DNA of 58,222 nt from a virus. Lineage: Duplodnaviria > Caudoviricetes. Shown here piece after piece: positions 56,033 through 58,222 of this stretch. The translations under genes and the position numbers were made by a program. Position 1 is the first letter of the stretch, and the number at the start of each line of letters is the position of its first letter. The stretch is taken from IMG/VR virus record IMGVR_UViG_3300037069_001350, positions 1-58,222 of that record. One strand, given 5' to 3'. Below the pieces are notes generated by a model that was not told the origin of the DNA, did no database searches, and saw only the letters and a list, made by a program, of their open reading frames with translations.

Positions 56033-57321
56033 CCGCCGGGCTCGCCGTGCAGGCCGCGGACACGGGTCGTGTCCTCATGCTGCAGCGGTCGATGAACGAC
56101 CCGTCGACCGCTACGGCAGGCATGTGGGAGTTCCCCGGCGGCTGCCTCGAAGCGGGTGAGTCCACCCGCGTCGGGGCGATGCGCGAATGGTGCGAGGAGG
56201 TCGGCCAGCTGCTGCCTCGTGGCGAACTGGCTGGCAGCTGGCGCACGCAGGTCTACGAGGGCCACGTCTGGTCGATCCCGTCCGAGGACGACATCGACCT
56301 GCTGGACCGGGACACGGTGAGCAACCCGGACGACCCGGACGGCGACGACATCGAGTCGATCGCCTGGTGGTCCCCGGAGCACCTGATCGGCAACCCCGCG
56401 GTCCGCACCGAACTGGCTGCGAGCCTCGACGTGGTGCTGCCCACCCTCGGTGTCGACCCGGTCGAGAAGTCGACCGACGACGACTGGCACGCCCACCCTG
56501 ACCGGCACGTCGAGCAGGCCCTCACCGGCTTCCACTCGCAGAACGTGCACGCCGCGATGGGCGACATGGTCACGCTCGACCAGCTGCGCGAGGTGGCTCG
56601 TAGCTACCTGGCGATCCACCGCCAGCCGGTCGTGAAGTTCGACGGGCAGGCCCGCGACGCCAACGGCAGGTTCGCCGCTGGCGGCATGGGTGGCAACGAC
56701 TCGGGCTCGAAGTCGTCGGGCTCGGGCTCGGCAGGCTCGGGCTCGGCAGGCGGCTACGCGGAGATCACCGCCGCTGACCTGCAGGCTGGCGACGGGTCGG
56801 CGAACAGCCGGGCCGTGTCGTCGAGCGAGTTCCAGGCGCTCGCCGCCGAGGGTCACGCCTCGATGGACGCCCGGATCGCCGCCTCGTCCCCGCCCACGGG
56901 GATCAGCAGCAACCTGGACGCGGTGAAGGCCAGCAGCTACGCCTCGGTGCAGGAGTCGTGGGGCGGCACCACGATCGACGCCCACACCGGCGCGCCGGTC
57001 GCGAGCAACGGGGCGAACGCCTACGCGCTCTCGATCAAGCCCGCCGGGGTGGCCTCGGTCAGCATCCCCGAGAACGCCACCGCGGCCCAGTTCGGGTCGG
57101 CGATGGACTCGGCGATGTCGCAGTTCCATGACCAGCTGTCGATCGCTGGCGCTCACCTCGGCGTGTTCCACAACGACGCAGGCGGCACCATCGAGATCGA
57201 CCCGACCCTGGTGGTCGGATCGCTGCACGAGGTCGAGACGATCGGCGCGTACACGCACGCCGTCGGCGGCGCGTACAACTTCGCCGACGGCAACGGCTAC
57301 TGGCCCCCGCACGTCGCCTGA
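56017..57321 (+). CDS. Nudix hydrolase domain plus C-terminal domain of unknown function; probable frameshift extension of the portal (first in-frame start is GTG 56047)
   Basis: WEFPGGCLEAGE...AMREWCEEVG Nudix box; ARDANGRF motif; Gly/Ser linker. Confidence 0.8.
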   Translation, partial: PFRPVAAGLAVQAADTGRVLMLQRSMNDPSTATAGMWEFPGGCLEAGESTRVGAMREWCEEVGQLLPRGELAGSWRTQVYEGHVWSIPSEDDIDLLDRDTVSNPDDPDGDDIESIAWWSPEHLIGNPAVRTELAASLDVVLPTLGVDPVEKSTDDDWHAHPDRHVEQALTGFHSQNVHAAMGDMVTLDQLREVARSYLAIHRQPVVKFDGQARDANGRFAAGGMGGNDSGSKSSGSGSAGSGSAGGYAEITAADLQAGDGSANSRAVSSSEFQALAAEGHASMDARIAASSPPTGISSNLDAVKASSYASVQESWGGTTIDAHTGAPVASNGANAYALSIKPAGVASVSIPENATAAQFGSAMDSAMSQFHDQLSIAGAHLGVFHNDAGGTIEIDPTLVVGSLHEVETIGAYTHAVGGAYNFADGNGYWPPHVA

Positions 57322-57353
57322 CCGTAGTGTCATAACCGCTGGAAGGATCGACC

Positions 57354-57527
57354 ATGAGCGAGCGCATCGTCACGCACTTCAAGGGACCGGGGCAGTGGTA
57401 CGCCCAGGCCCGGAAGCTGCAGGAGGAGCACGCGCGCACCCACCCGGACGAGCGGCCCGCGCCGCGGATCGAGCACCAGCCCGAGCCGAGCGAGCCCCGC
57501 ACCTCGGAGGTCGACAGTGGCGACTGA
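57354..57527 (+). CDS. Small hypothetical protein
   Basis: GAAGGA RBS and ATG. Confidence 0.55.
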   Translation: MSERIVTHFKGPGQWYAQARKLQEEHARTHPDERPAPRIEHQPEPSEPRTSEVDSGD

Positions 57528-57681
57528 TACGGAACTGGCTGTCGATCGCTGCCCCGTCTGCGGGCATCGGTCGACGACCCTGGCGACCAGGCTGATCGGC
57601 GGGCTGATCGTGGCGCTGATCGCGGCGCTGGTCGTGCTCGGGCTCGGCGACCTGGTCGTCCTGGCAGCCAGCCACCTGTGA
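57517..57681 (+). CDS. Small CxxC membrane protein
   Basis: GGAGG RBS; CPVCG followed by a TM segment. Confidence 0.55.
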   Translation: MATDTELAVDRCPVCGHRSTTLATRLIGGLIVALIAALVVLGLGDLVVLAASHL

Positions 57682-57866
57682 GCAGGCCGCTGCCGCTCGT
57701 GATCGAGCGCGACCCGAGCCCCTGCACCTGGTGCGAGGGCTCGGGCACCTTCCCGGTGCTAGTCGACGGCGAACGCCGCGGTCAGCTGCGCTGGGCCGAC
57801 ACCCGGTGCCCGAACTGCTCGGGCACCGGCACGAAAGACGCGGGTGTGAGTACACCCGATCAGTGA
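57678..57866 (+). CDS. Small DnaJ-type zinc-finger protein
   Basis: CTWCEGSG and CPNCSGTG. Confidence 0.6.
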   Translation: MSRPLPLVIERDPSPCTWCEGSGTFPVLVDGERRGQLRWADTRCPNCSGTGTKDAGVSTPDQ

Positions 57867-57915
57867 CGCGCGTGATGCCGTCACCCGCAGTGCGCGCGAC
57901 GCCGCTGCAGCACCG

Positions 57916-57950
57916 ACGCCCCCCCGGCGGCTGAAACGCCGGGGGGGCGT
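57916..57950 (+). terminator. 14-bp perfect hairpin upstream of the MuF-like gene
   Basis: ACGCCCCCCCGGCG GCTGAAA CGCCGGGGGGGCGT. Confidence 0.6.
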
Positions 57951-57979
57951 TGCACTGTCCGCCTGGGGAGGGCTGCCGC

Positions 57980-58222
57980 ATGTCCGCACCGCAGCCGAAG
58001 CCCGACGCCGTACTGGAACAGCTGCCCGCCCCGCACGAGGCGAAGCCGCAGCCCGACGTCTCCGAGCCCGCCGAGGTCACCCGCGCCCGCGAGTTCCTGC
58101 GCGACCACCTGCACCTCGACACGACGACCTTGAAGGACGCGCTGGCCGCGGTCTACGGGGACGCCTACTCGTCCGGCGTGCTGGCCGGTCTGCAGCTGGA
58201 CGGCAGCGCGAACCCGGTGCCC
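57980..58222 (+). CDS. MuF-like minor head protein, 5' part (continues at the window start)
   Basis: GGGGAGGG RBS and ATG 57980; in frame with 35..1189 through the terminal repeat. Confidence 0.85.
   Translation, partial: MSAPQPKPDAVLEQLPAPHEAKPQPDVSEPAEVTRAREFLRDHLHLDTTTLKDALAAVYGDAYSSGVLAGLQLDGSANPVP
58097..58222. repeat. Terminal direct repeat, right copy
   Basis: Identical to bases 2-127. Confidence 0.95.

Overview
The window is an apparently complete, circularly permuted genome of a high-GC temperate siphovirus of Actinomycetota. Bases 2-127 repeat at 58097-58222, so the unit length is about 58,095 bp. Gene order on the circle: terS, about 3.4 kb of small Cys-rich ORFs, terL, portal, Nudix-domain ORF, MuF-like minor head protein (crosses the junction), RusA, XkdF-like protease, scaffold, capsid, head-tail and tail genes, lysis. 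Next come a mostly leftward accessory block (beta-clamp and DUF932 genes), serine integrase, ImmA, repressor and Cro, then ERF, YqaJ, SSB, WhiB, replication initiator, helicase, nucleotide-metabolism genes, ClpP and MazG. Main observations: (1) four intergenic GGAAT-N17/18-GTT promoters matching the host SigR/SigH stress-sigma consensus, each with a start codon 7 nt downstream, heading the accessory operons; (2) a C CCT TTC -1 slippery site that would fuse the portal to the Nudix-domain ORF; (3) a 190-aa protamine-like Arg/His/Lys protein inside the virion operon; (4) three separate clusters of ATCGGGT/ACCCGAT iteron-like repeats, in the rep gene, before terS and before terL; (5) a TTGAC-N5-GTCAA operator at four promoter regions; (6) a second tail-tube paralog after the tape measure gene. 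I saw no tRNA, rRNA or CRISPR array. All family calls come from reading motifs by eye, not from database searches.
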